Shown: positions 50,330 through 62,964 of the stretch, piece after piece
How positions within the stretch are numbered: position 1 is the stretch's first letter
How the letters are laid out: every line of letters begins with the position of its first letter
The notes under the pieces: generated by a model
Told to the model about the DNA's origin: nothing
Database searches by the model: none
What the model saw: only the letters and a program-made list of their open reading frames with translations
Source: Lama glama
Lineage: Eukaryota
Reading direction: 5' to 3'
Assembly (NCBI GenBank): GCA_028534125.1
Contig: CM052817.1
Location: forward strand, 30,692,001-30,756,000
Length of the DNA stretch: 64,000 bases
Program-made: the position numbers and the translations under genes

Positions 50330-51440
50330 AATCAGATTTATTTCAATTTTGGACGATTATTGTGAATGTGGGTTACAGGATGGCCTACAGTGGGGAAAGG
50401 TTACAGGCTGGATGACCAGATAGAAGGTTATTTATGATCAAAATTATGGCTTGTGAGTGAATGATGGGAAAGGAAAGGACAGGACAAATAATATGGAAGT
50501 AGGTAACAGGTGATCATTAAAGTTCCTTTCAACATAGACATTCAATTAGAATCTGATAAAAAAGACAAACAAAAAACTATTCCTTGCCATACATAATTTT
50601 ATATGATCTTATCTGAAAAACACCTAAACTTTGTGTAGAATTGGAGACAAAGGAAAATACTAGATGACCTAGAGGTTTGATTGCAGATTAATTTGGAAAA
50701 ATGATGATGTCTCAATAAAAATAAGGACTTACATTTCTAACAAAACCAAAAATAAAACTACCATATGACCCAGCAATTCCACTTTTGGATATATATCTGA
50801 AAAAACTGAAAACACTAATATGAAAAGACACACGTACCCCAGTGTTCATAGAAGCATTATTTCCAGTTGCCAAGATATGGAGCAGTGTAAGTTTGACTGG
50901 ATAAAGAATATGTGCTATATATATGGAAGATAGAGGAAATGTGCTAAATAAGATTTCAGACATTCTTAATTTTAGAGGCCAAAAGGATATGTTAGGGTAA
51001 ATGTCTATCAGGCTTCTTACTCGAGGTCCTGAAGCTCATGAGAGTGGTAGATTTAGAGAGTTAACTCTAACTTTGGGAGTTACCTACATACAGAAAATGA
51101 AAGCTGAGATTTGAAACCTTCTGGAGTAGCCTATGTCTGATCTTTTGAGAATTTTCGTTCTTTCAAAACTAAGAATAAAACCAGGGCTTTGGTTGCACAT
51201 TTCAAAGACCTTATTAATAGTAGTGCACTGGTCCCCAGAGCTAGTGTGTCTAGGGCCTAGTGAGCTGAAATGAAGCATCCAGAAGCAACAAAATGGAAGG
51301 GTAGCATTGCAGTGGAACGAGGAAGCCAGGAATCAGAGGTTAAGGACCAACAGAGTGATATTAAGTGTCAAAAAGGCTGTTATTGGTCAAAGTATAAAAA
51401 TGAAATGAATTAGTTTAGGAATAGATGGGAACTTAAGGAG
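50330..51440 (-). mobile_element. Degraded L2 fragments flanking an L1 piece
   Basis: Purine-rich L2-antisense-like blocks on both sides of 50730-50930. Confidence 0.5.
50730..50930 (+). mobile_element. L1 ORF2 C-terminal fragment
   Basis: AAAATAAAACTACCATATGACCCAGCAATTCCACTTTTGGATATATATCTG...CCCCAGTGTTCATAGAAGCATTATT encodes the L1 ORF2 motif LPYDPAIPLL. Confidence 0.9.
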
Positions 51441-53194
51441 TCAGTTGGTTGAAGTTTATGGTTCTGGACTACTTCTGGGACTACAGCAGGTTGCTAAGAA
51501 TCAATTTTTAAAGATACTAGGCCAAATCTAACAGTATAAAACATGTACCCAGATTTATCAGCCAATCTTCCATCTTCGCTGCATTTCTCTTCAGTGTCTC
51601 TCTTAAATAGATTTTTAACTATGTATATATCTCCAGAGAAACTGCTAATCTTACCTACTCTCATCTCTAAATAAAGCCTTTTTCCATAAGTAGTGGTAAG
51701 TTCATTATCTGAACACAGACAATGCTATCTTTTCTTTTGTTAGTTGAATTATAACACACCAGAAAAGATGCACAAGGACTAAGTGTACATCTTTTGAATA
51801 ATGCTATTTTTGATATATCTTTGTCAAACCTTTGCTTAATCATTTTTTAAAGTGTATTAATTAAATGAGTTTATTATAGTCAGTTCAATAAATCACAGTG
51901 ATACTTTTTTTCCAAAAGGCATTGAAGGGAATCTATTTTATAAGTGAGAAATACTTTTAATCATTGTAGATAAGATTGGATTCGATTTTTCACTCAATTA
52001 AAATAGCTGCTTCAATAACTGGTAGAGTGATGGCTATTCAAACATCATCAGTTCTGTCTATGGAATCTAAGAGATGAAGCAACGGTAATTCCTTATTTAG
52101 AGAATCAACTGCCAAAATGTGAAAGCATGTGAATTTCAATTTATTCAACAAATATTTACTGAGCTCTTTCCATATGCCTGGGATTTTTTAACCTATATTT
52201 CTCTGAAGAAGCTGGGAGAGTTTCAACTATGAGGCAAATGAATTCCATTTATAAATGCAAATATGGTTTACAATAAAAGATATTATAACATGAAGCAAGA
52301 ATATTTTATTCCTATAAGAACAAAAATTAATTGGATCTAGTTACAGATATCTCTCACCGTGATCTGAAAAAACTTACACATTTGTTTTCAGTTGTTCTTG
52401 AGAAGATGGTATCTCTGAATACTAAGCTAGAAGAATTTCTAGGTAAAAATTAGTTTCAGTTTGGTATGCCATTTTATAGCTCTATGACTTAAAATGTAGG
52501 GGTATTAAGGGCAGTTAAAGAATACTTTTCACAACTTCTCAAAAATAATTTGGTATTATTAAACTTCTGGGGGGAGGGAAGGGGACGGTCTGAAGTGAGA
52601 TCTGTGTCCATTTAAAAATTAAGCTCTGAGAACAAAAACAGAAATGTAAATTTCTGAGTGAGACAAACTCATGCGTGTCAGGATATATATCATCAGAACT
52701 GATTTCAAATTAAGATTAATCTTTCTGAATCTCACTTAAGGAAGTGGCAGCAAAATTGTAAACTTGAAATTGACACTTAGGCTGCCATTTCATTGCCTGT
52801 CAAAGACACATCCTTATTAGAAATCTAATGCAATCAAGTAATCCCAGAGAGTGTTTCACTCATATCTAATCTGAAAAATCATTTGGCATATTGGAAGTCC
52901 TATTTTTCTCTTGGTTTCTTCATTGAACAAAACATAGTATTCTACTGTTTTGTTACTATATAGCAGAAAGTATATGACCTTTGGAGGGAGTCACACAGGT
53001 CTTGGTTTGATGGTAGAGATGGTAAGTCTTGGTTTTCTGTAATATTTTATGTGATTTTGGTCCAGTTATTTAAACTTTTGGAGGCTCATTTGTTTAAAAA
53101 AAAATACTCATAAGCCTGAGGATGGAGAGGAAAAAAGGCACAGACTGTAACAGTGCCTGTCAGTTCCTTTCGTTTTCTGTATCAAGTACCCAGT

Positions 53195-53335
53195 CTCCAT
53201 GATTCGTTCATTCATACATTCATCCATCCAACCAATGAATTCCATTCAGTCAATGAATATTGAGCACCTGCCCTATGCCAGACACTGTATTAGGCACTGG
53301 GGAGGCAGCAGTGTAATTTTAAAACCCCTGTCCTT
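53195..53335 (-). mobile_element. L2 3' terminus
   Basis: TTCATTCAT...ATATTGAGCACCTGCCCTATGCCAGACACTGTATTAGGCACTGGGGA. Confidence 0.85.
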
Positions 53336-54218
53336 ATATTCTTACTTGTGAAATGTTAACTGCATTCTTATTAAGAAAGTGAATCACATGCTTGTCTCTG
53401 AACTTATAAACATATATAATTTTCAAATTATTTAAGCTAAAAAATACCCTATCTCTATATCCAGCTTTCTTTTGTCTCTACTTCCTTTCCTAAATTTAGC
53501 CCTTTATGTGTTCTCTTCAACTACTGTACTTTTCAAGAAGTCTGCCTCTATATCAAGCTTAGATGGAGTTGAGGGCTTAGGTGAGCAGGGTTTACAGAAG
53601 ACAGAATCCTTATGCTTAAGAAGATGAATGTCACAACAAGGAAAGAAAACATAAAATTACAAGTCATAGCTCAATTCGTAAGATAAACCCTAACCCCATG
53701 TTAAATGATAAATGGCAGAGTACTTTCTGAGTACCTGCAGTGGTTGGGAGAACCTAGCTGGCTGGGAAGGTGTAAGGCTCTGGCTGTGGTTCATTTTAAA
53801 AATGGCTCCTAAATATTTAGGGAAAGAAGGCCTGTTTCTCTCTGGTCTTGTCAGTCTCTTCATTCCAAGTTTCAGTACTAAAAGTGTCAATGAATCAAAA
53901 CGTTCCTCCCTATGTCTACCTTCCTTACCTGTACTTTTTGTGGCCATGTGTCTGACTGTGATTCGGGGCATGCAGTACTAGGTACGTTGTCCAGGAATGG
54001 GCTTTTCTATTCATCTTCATCAAGGAGGTAGATAATGGAATTTCTGCCCAGATTTTTGGCATGTGGCTTTTCTTCTTTATTATTTTATGGCATGATTGCC
54101 AGGTTTTTTTTAGTCCATTTTCATGTAGTGATAGATACTTTCATGAGAATCCTGGGAGATACTTACTAGTCCCTGTCTATGCTGACTGGCAAGTTACTCC
54201 ACTTTTCATTTTTGAAAA

Positions 54219-54382
54219 CAGGAACAGCTATGTAATTTGTGAGGCTTAGTATAAAGTGAAAATGTGGGGCCCCTTGGCCAAGAATCCGTGACCACAAAAT
54301 AGCATTAAACCAAACAAGGCAACCTCCACAGTGCGAGGCCCGGGGTGCCTGCATGGGTCCAAGGCGCATGGAGCTGGCCCTA
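54219..54382 (-). mobile_element. MER45A-like (hAT-Tip100 MITE)
   Basis: CAGGAACAGCTATGTAATTTGTGAGGCTTAGTATAAAGTGAAAATGTGGGGCCCCTTG...GCATTAAACCAA...CATGGAGCTGGCCCT is the reverse complement of the recalled MER45A consensus. Confidence 0.85.
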
Positions 54383-54384
54383 CT

Positions 54385-54830
54385 TGAAACTCTCTCCAAC
54401 TTGAGATTTGGTGCCATTGTTGTCTCCAGCTGTTCCCTCTCTCTCTCCTGAAGCTTCTCTGTTCCTTGACTGACTTCTCCCATCTTCTTCCTTAAGCCCC
54501 CTAAATATGAGGGAATCCAAGATGATGTCTTCTGTTCTCAGACATTCTTTTTCTACTGTGTAATTCTCAGAAATCCCTGAGAATTTAATGATCTCTATCA
54601 CTCCTTTCTGAAGATGGCTCTAAGCTTAGTATCTTCAGCTTTCATGGTTCTCGTTAAGTTTGAGGTAAAAATTTTTAATTGCAAACAGGCATTTACACTA
54701 ATAGCTGATACACCTATAATGGAATCTTTAATCTTATCAAACTACTGACTCTTTTACGTGTATTTTCTTTAGTCTGAAACTTGAATTATTCCCTCTCCTT
54801 GGCTTCACAAATCAAATAGTAATCAACTTT
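54385..54830 (+). mobile_element. Degraded L2 fragment
   Basis: CTTGAAACTCTCTCC...CTCCAGCTGTTCCCTC...GAAGATGGCTCTAAG resembles the L2 RT region. Confidence 0.55.
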
Positions 54831-57129
54831 TGATTTTCTTTTAAATTTGGCAGATTAGCCAAATAATATTTTCTAAATTTTTTTCACTTATTTTAGCTTG
54901 TCACACTGTTGAATGCTTTAAGTACCTTTAGTTTTTTTTTTCTTTTTTTGCCAGGGGCAGGGGAGGGGGTGGGTAAGACTTCATATAAATAAATAAGATT
55001 TTGACAAAAATTAGTTGGAAAAATAGGTTAAAACATCAAAAAATACAATTTCTTTTTAAAGAGATGTTCAAACTACATTATCTTTAAATCTTGACTAATA
55101 CACTTGATTTTCATTTTTGGCATTAAATTCTAGGAAACTCCCAGTTAAAAAATCTGCTGAAAATTATTTTCATATAATGCTTTTTTATATGTTGAAAAAA
55201 ACCCATAATTTTTATAATGTATAAGTAATGAACTGGAAAAGACTTTTTCTGACACATGAAGATTTTTTTAAATCAAACAAAAGTACTGTGTTAATAAGAT
55301 GTCATAATACAAAGTTACAACAAATGGACAATTCTCTGATTATTTGAAATAGGAGTATCATTTCTCATCTCCTTATAAATTGATCCAGTTTCACATTAAT
55401 GCTGAAACAAGCCACATGGTACTATGCTTTTATTTGAATTGTACTTTCTAGTTTCCTATTTTGTTCACCTCATTTTCTTCTTACTGTGAATGACCATGAT
55501 GTTTGGAATGTGTCATTTTGCTAAGGACAGCTTTAAAATATTTTTTATATTCAACCACTATGAGCCATTCATAGCACTGGTGGTTTGTCTTGCTAATTTG
55601 AGGAAAAGCAAGTTTTAACCTTTGAAAATATTTTTGCGAATAGCCTGTGATTTCTAACTGTTAGTTTTCTTTGAGCATTTTATAAAAAAATTAATTGCCA
55701 AGGTTGGTATATTCTACAGCTGATTACTTAAGGCAGTATTTATGGGCTCCACAAAGACAGAGGTTTGTTTTGTTTTCCTAAGAATTATTTTTCTGATCTG
55801 CTGGTTGAAGTATTTGAAAGTTCATTCCCAGCCCAAGACATTCATCTCAATTATTTGAATTGGCTCCCTGCAGATAGCTCTTAATACGGAATATCATTCA
55901 CTTACAAAGTAGTTGCCACAGACATCTGCCGGTGCTCAACCTGGCAGCGAAGATGTATAAAAACCATTTCAAATCATGTCTGTGGACACGCAGAGAATAT
56001 CACTATCGCATAATGTTTAGTGCTCTGATCTGTTTTCATTCCCTCTCTCTACTTACCTGTTCTCCTAAGTCAGCAGAATTGTCACGGCTAGATATTTTGG
56101 AACGTGTACTAGTAAAGTAGTTCGGTTGTTAAAGTAGGTGGGAGACTAAAAGGTATACATTTACTAATTCTTCCTTGGGGTTTCTGATTAGATATCACGG
56201 CTCATTGGTCCTGTTTTTCTTATTGTTGTGATGGTGATGTGATGTTTTGGAGATTTTTCTTTGGGTATGCAGAATCAAATGAAAGCTGTTAGAAAGCTCA
56301 GAAACTACCACTTTTGTGTATAATGGGGGGGACACTGAATTTTTTTATATTTTTATGTTATGAAAGAAGCTGGTCCTTTGAGTTGTTTAGAAAAATGGTT
56401 GAGTTGTTTTTAAAGTCCATGGCATCAAAGCATGCACATCAAAGATGGGGTTCAGCCTTCCAGAAGTACTTAGAGTCCCCATTTGACATGTCCCTTCTGG
56501 GCTCCAGGTCTTTGCATGAGTTTCTGCTCTTGACGTCTTCTTCCGCCTTTCTGACTGCCGGCGGGGGTGCAGTTTTCCACCGGATGAGCCAACTGTCAAG
56601 ATTCAGTTCAGATACATTCTCCTCTGTGAAACCCTTCCAAACATCAACATCCTTTTTATCATCCACACATTTCAACTCTCAAACTCCACCCAGTAGTCTA
56701 TTTAGCATCATCTTGGAGCTCAGGAAATGACCATAGTTTTGCGATATCTCTGGTTCTACCACGTGATAGCACCAACACTCAGTAGCCAGAGGGCTCCTTT
56801 ATGGTGTTAGCCTCCAGGAAACATCCCTGTTAAAGAACCCAACTGTAAATTCTTCTTATAGAATAAGGTTAGGTTATGCAATACTCTAGGATTATGAATA
56901 TCTTTTCATTTATTTAGTTTTGATTATGAAATACATTGGGAGAAAATTAGACTGTTTATGTTCCAGAGTCATCATTTGTATAAGGGTAAAATATGTGTCA
57001 GATTAGGAACATTTTAGATAGAGAAACATCAGGAAGTTTCTAGCACACAGGAGACAATCAGTGAATGTTCACTGTTATAACGTTATCTACCACATAGCCT
57101 TTCTAAGTATTTACTTCCCTTTTTTATAA

Positions 57130-57225
57130 AATTCATGAAAGTGGTCTACTGCTTATTCACCTATGTAGTCCCTGCACCTAGAACAGAACCAGGAACCTAG
57201 GTGATGTTTAATAAATATCTATTAA
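57130..57225 (+). mobile_element. L2 3' terminus
   Basis: TTATTCACCTATGTAGTCCCTGCACCTAGAACAGAACCAGGAACCTAGGTGATGTTTAATAAATATCTATT. Confidence 0.75.
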
Positions 57226-58199
57226 AGTCAAATATAGAAGATATAAAGTATAGAACCTAAGTAGTTATTTTATTACTGATTATCAGCTGGGTTCAAAAGA
57301 GATGTTTTAAATTTAGTCTAGATGTTAAAACTTATGTTAAAAAGGATGAAGATGAGTTCCTAGTAAAAAAAAAAAGCATAAAGTTGAAATGCAATTAGTA
57401 TAAATGACATTTAGCCCTTCAAAATATTAGTTTACTTTCACATCTGCCTACTAATGTCAGTGACTATAAAGAAACTCATCATTCATAGGACTCAATGAAC
57501 ACTTTGTTGACTAGAAGGATTCAGCCTAAGGTCATAAAAAGCTGGATTTCTTACAGTTATGTAAGCAACTTTTCTCCTTTTTATGATAAATTATTTGATT
57601 TTTAAAAAATTGTTTTTACTGTTTTTCAGAATGAATTAAAACCCTATCAAAAGTTCTGTTGGTCTGCTAGTCACTTTATCGTTCTCTCAGATGTAATAGA
57701 AAATACTTCATTCGGAATAAAAGCAATATTCAGAATTCCATAAATGACTTTTGGTTATGTATAGGAGACCTCAGATTAAATACTCTCTTAACCCTTTTTA
57801 AAAATAAATACAATGTGATTGTTGAAGTAGTAGCCTCAGTAATGTGTATATGTACACACACCCACACACTCACACACATTCACACAATCACACACCCTAA
57901 TGTGTACATGCAGGCATACACACATATATATCTCTAAGAACCTCGAGAAATAAGGATCAGAAACTTGTGCCAACAAGCTAACTAGCTAAACAGAAGTATG
58001 CCAGCTTGATGATGTATTTCTAAGCCAAACACCTGTGTCATACATTGCAACCTCAACTTGCAATTTGGGCGAGTGTCATATACACCAAAAGATAAGAAAG
58101 GAAAGGGTTAATTAAAATTGATATGGAATTGATTGGAGCTAAAATGAATAAATAAGTGTCTGATAAAAAGTAAACTTTCATTTTTTAGTAACACTTGCA

Positions 58200-59700
58200 A
58201 GCTGTACATGCATATGAAAATATGCTCTATCAGATTTTAAAACATTACTGTTTGAAAACAGAGTGATATTGATATGGGAAGAGGCAAACAAAGGAACAAA
58301 AACATACATATATATAAACATATCTATCTTACATGCATGGAAATTTGGTATATAAAAAAGGTATCTTTGTAAATCACAGGAGGAAAAAATTGACTACTCA
58401 ATAAAAGACTCTAGAAAACTGATTATAAATATAAGACAGTATAAAATTCTATTCTTATTCATTTGATACCCTAAATAAATCTCATACATAAAACCAAAAG
58501 TAAAACATTCAAATTTTGAAGAAAATAGAGGCAAATGTATATGACTTCAGGAAGAGAAAATAGCTTTTTAAACAAAATACAAAAAGAACATGAAATGAAA
58601 TTGTTAAATTTGACCACATCAAAGTTAAACCTTTAACTTCAACCTAAGACACCAGAAATACAGTTAGAGCAAAATTCAAGCTGAGGGAAAATTTTCAAAG
58701 TGTGTACAAGCACTTAACATTGCTATCTATAATATAGAAAACTACTCAGTAGAAAATTAGGTAACAGACTTAAAAAGATAATTGGCAGAAAAGAAAACCC
58801 ATGTGTCCAATAAGCACCTGAAAAGAGGTTCAATGTAACTAGTAACCAAGAACATGCAAAATAAAACAATATCATCACTAAATATCCATCATGTAGTACA
58901 AATTACAGAGTCAATCGATATTGATGAGAAACTGTAGAAACAAGAGTGCTCATGTCTGCAGGAAAGAGTGTTCAGTGGTACAAGCCTCATACTGACAAGA
59001 TCTAGTATGGTCGAAGACGCATGTAACATTGGACTCAGGGGATCCCACTTCCAACTATGTATCCAAGAGAACTTGAACTCATAAGCCCAAGGAAATATGC
59101 TCTTTAGAACATTCATTGCAGCGTCGTTTGCTTCAGAAAATCTTGGAAACAACTTTAATGTTCATTATAGAAGAATGGATAAGCAAACTGGCATACTCAT
59201 AATGAAATATTCGAAGTCAGAATGAATGTCTTAGAGCTACCATATATCAACAAATGTAAATCTTAGAAATTTAATTTGGAGCAAAAAATATGTTGCAGAA
59301 TGATACGTAATATATGACATAGCTTATATGTTTGAAAAGTTGTGAAAGAAGTATATATATACTTTAGAGTACATAAAGTAATCATAAAAAGCATACATGT
59401 AACAGAAAAATATCAAAATCAGCTTGTAGTTACTTTGGCAATGAAATGTAGGAATGAATTCTGGGAGCATGCAAGAGTCTTTAACTCAATTGGTAATTAT
59501 TTACTCTGCATATTCAAAATTGAAAAAAAAATCAAAGTTAAGAAAAACTAGGTGAGTTCTCAAAGTGTATTATCCACTCTAATTTTCTGTAACTTGAAAA
59601 ATAGTTCATAATATATAATATTGTACATTAACTGTACTTCAACTAAAAAATTAAAAATAAAATTGTAAACATGATAAAAATAATTCATAATTTAAAATGC
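58200..59700 (+). mobile_element. Old L1M (L1ME-like) ORF2 end and 3'UTR
   Basis: A-rich, with colinear degraded L1 motifs (AAATTTGACCACATCAAAGTTAAA, CCAATAAGCACCTGAAAAGAGGTTCAA, GAACATTCATTGCAGCGTCGTTTG, GAATGGATAAGCAAACTGG). Confidence 0.85.
59613..59675 (+). mobile_element. Ultra-short L1 3' end inserted into the older L1
   Basis: ATAATATTGTACATTAACTGTACTTCAACTAAAAAA is an L1 terminal sequence. TSD AAAAATA(G/A)TTCATAAT at 59597-59612 and 59676-59691. Confidence 0.8.
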
Positions 59701-60654
59701 ATCTTCTTTACAAAAAGGTCTTATTGCATTCCCTTTAAATATTAATGTTGCCTAGATGGTTTAAAATAGACCTTGATGTCAAATTTAACAGATTTTTATT
59801 TTATGTTCTTTTTATATTTTGTTTAAAAACCTATTTTCTCTTCCCTAAATGATACAGTGTATAACATACAAAGACACATAAATACCATCAAACTAAGATG
59901 TACTTAGATATTTGTCTACAAAAATATATCTTACACATAGAAATGGATTTCATTTCAAAGGATCTAAGTGCAAACCAATTTGCATTAAGTGTAGTCATAT
60001 TTAAATCATTTCATGTAAGTGAAAGAAAACATTTGCTTGGAATTTGGGGGTGGTTTCCTTATAGTAGAGGCTTATCAAATAAATAATTATACTAAATAAA
60101 CACTAAATATGTATAATCAATATCCTTTGATTTGAATTCATCTCAATACATTTAATTTCTTAAATATTTAATTTTTAACAGTTAATTAATATAAATTTGT
60201 TAGGCATGATCTTCTTGTGAATTGAAACAAAACTAGGCACTTGTGTTCTCTAGTTTTGTAATCCATTTCCATGAAGTCTGTATCTTTAATTGCATTCCTG
60301 ACTACTGTCTGGCCCCTTAAGACTCCACAAGCAGCCTAGAGCAGAGCTTCTGGGGCAGCCCTGTCAGCATTTAATATGTGCTCATCCTTTCACCCTCATA
60401 CCGCCCAGAGCTGGACCTCCAAAATCACATCACTGGATTTATGCTTGAACATTTGGGATTCTCAGTGCTTAAGGAAACACTTTTCTGCAGAGAGCTTTAA
60501 AATTTTAGTTGACAATGTTGAATCTCAATTGGCTGGATTCATCCTGGGTGAAATAACTTTCAGACTGCTTGGTTCTTCATTTTTTTTTTTTTTTTTTACA
60601 GTAAAAGCCTTCTCTCCTTCTGCATTTGTCACACGAGTAAAAAGTACAAGATAC

Positions 60655-61170
60655 AAGAGTAAAAAGAGAATTCTGAGATATCATGGATATAATCATTTAA
60701 GAAGGCAGCTACCACCCCCATGGCTGGCAAAATAAGGGAAGAGATTGGAATTATTAAAACTCAAGACACTTGCGGCCGGGGGTGGGGAGGGGCATGGAGT
60801 AAAAACTCAGGCCTCTGAGCCGTGGGCCAGGCTCAACAGGCGCTGGTGTCTCAGGGGCAGCATGACGGAGCTGGTTCCGCAAGTGTTGGGAAAAAAATGT
60901 GACAGCTGCTGTCACAGGACAAAACTGTGACTGCTGGCAAAACTGTCACTTGCTGGGGTGACAGGAACCTTAGCGGACAGAAAGCTCACAGGAAACCCAT
61001 AGGAAAGAGCACATTCCTCCTCTCCCAGCCTGCAGCCGCCCTCTAGCTCCCTCTACGGGCAGAGCCTAAGATGAATGAGCTGGCTGCACTGAAAGGCGCT
61101 TAACGGAGACATTGTCAGAGCACAGAAAGTTGGGGTTGGAGGTGAGAAATAATAACTAGATAGCTGTCAT
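60655..61170 (-). mobile_element. ERVL solo LTR, LTR41-like
   Basis: GTAAAAAGAGAATTCTGAGATATCATGG...GCAGCTACCACCCC...GGGAAGAGATTGGAATTATTAAAACT...CCCTCTAGCTCCCTCTACGGGCAGAGCCTAA matches the recalled LTR41 consensus in reverse. Confidence 0.75.
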
Positions 61171-61559
61171 ATGGTCTATACCGGCATACAAAAGAAGGAG
61201 GTTGTCATTCTACAACAGTCTGAGAACTGATAGATGGATAACCCAGAATTCTTCTGACTTCTTCAAATCCTTTAGCCTTTGGACACCATGAACATCCCTT
61301 GGGACTGTTCATTCCGTAAATCCAGTATTTTTTAATTCAGTTTTTTAAAATGAAATTATTTACAATAAACTTACAAGAGACGTTATTCTGGGCTAAAGAG
61401 GAAATAAGCTCAGTTCCTTTTTTTCAATGAATTTAAAACCTAAAAAGCAAGATAAAAATATATAGGTATAAATCAATAGGAGAATAAAATCTCTACAACC
61501 TAACCATACAACCTGTGGTCATAAGGGCTTCAGAGAGGTCGTTCGGTTCTTTAAACTAA

Positions 61560-62050
61560 TTGACAGAAGAGATCAAAACCCTGAGGGATCGTCTGTAAAA
61601 GATTTTATTGAAGAGACCTCTTGGTCTTGGAGAATGGGTAGGATTCAAAAATTGGCTGTTGGCCTTAGAAGAGCTTCACAGGCAGAGAGAATGGCATGTT
61701 CAATCTAGACTAACAGGAAAGCAAAATATACATTTTAAAAGGGCAAAAATCATTGGATTCACATTGACTATACTATTGAGGTAAGAGAATATTGAGAGAG
61801 AAGTCTGGAGAGGAAATTAAGAATCAGACTGTGGAGATTTTTAATGCTATGCTAGGAAACTTGTTATTTATTTAGTGGATAAGCTACTGGAAATTTTTGA
61901 GCAATTGGTAAAAAGCTTCCCAAGATTAAGCTAATGGCTGCACATAGGTTGAGTCAGAGAAGAAGGAACATACTGACAAATATTGCAGGAAGATCAGGAA
62001 TGAAGCTGAACCAGCAGAAAGGAGGGAATAAGGGACCTGAACAAAATGTG
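61560..62050 (-). mobile_element. Degraded L2 fragment
   Basis: CAGACTGTGGAGATTTTTAATGCTATGCTAGGAAACTTG...AAGCTACTGGAAATTTTTGAGCA resembles L2 antisense. Confidence 0.65.
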
Positions 62051-62449
62051 TATTTCTTTTCATCTATTTTTTTCTACAGTGAGCCTCCATTTCTGCATAA
62101 GCTAGATGAGGTGCTAAAAACGTTCTCTCTGTAGGTGGTTAGCCTCTGCTTTCATGTTCATGATGCAGCTGTCCCTTTCCATGTTATTTCTGAGAATTAC
62201 AGAAATAGGCCAAAATCACATACAGTTTGAATAGGAAAAAACAAACAAAGGAATGTCTTCTCATATTGAGTCTCATTTCCAAATTATAGCATTTTACATG
62301 GATTAAATATTTATAATATGGATTATGAGAATAGTAGATTAAAGAACTTTATTTAGGTCAAGCATGTGGAGATGATATCAATATACTCATATTGGTCGTT
62401 TTTTATAAAGGACTAGAATTGGACTAAAGAAAAGGGCTAAAAAAGACTA

Positions 62450-62532
62450 CAACACACACTAACATATATGATATATATATATATAGTGTGTGTGTGTATA
62501 TATGTGTATATATATATATATGCTATATATAC
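62450..62532. repeat. Compound (CA)/(TA)/(TG) microsatellite
   Basis: Alternating purine-pyrimidine runs, read directly. Confidence 0.85.
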
Positions 62533-62859
62533 ATGAAATCATTTAGTATTAGAACATTTGGATATACAAATTAAGCTGAACCTGACTAGTTTCTATGGCC
62601 AACAGTGCCCACAGAATAAACAGAAAAATGTTTACAGAAAGTTATTTCTTCTTTTCTTCACTGATACCACAGTTTCTAAGACTTTACCTTTTTCTTCCTG
62701 AATTAGTTCATTAGCCATGAAGGTAATTTGCTCTGTGGTCTCTTTCTCCTACTGTCTTTCATGCATGTTTTCTCACAATCCCTTTGCTCGTATGCTGTTC
62801 TGTGCATAAATGACTTCATCCCGGCTAAACTCTGTATTTCCCTTTCAACATTTTCTTTG

Positions 62860-62955
62860 CCTCTTACAAACTGGTCCATCTTGGGCAAGTATATAAAGCT
62901 TTCCATACCTCTAGTCATTTCATCTGTAAAATGAGGTTTAAAAAATATTGCCTCC
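62860..62955 (+). mobile_element. MIR core
   Basis: TCTTGGGCAAGTATATAAAGCTTTCCATACCTCTAGTCATTTCATCTGTAAAATGAGG. Confidence 0.75.
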
Positions 62956-62964
62956 CACTGTGAC

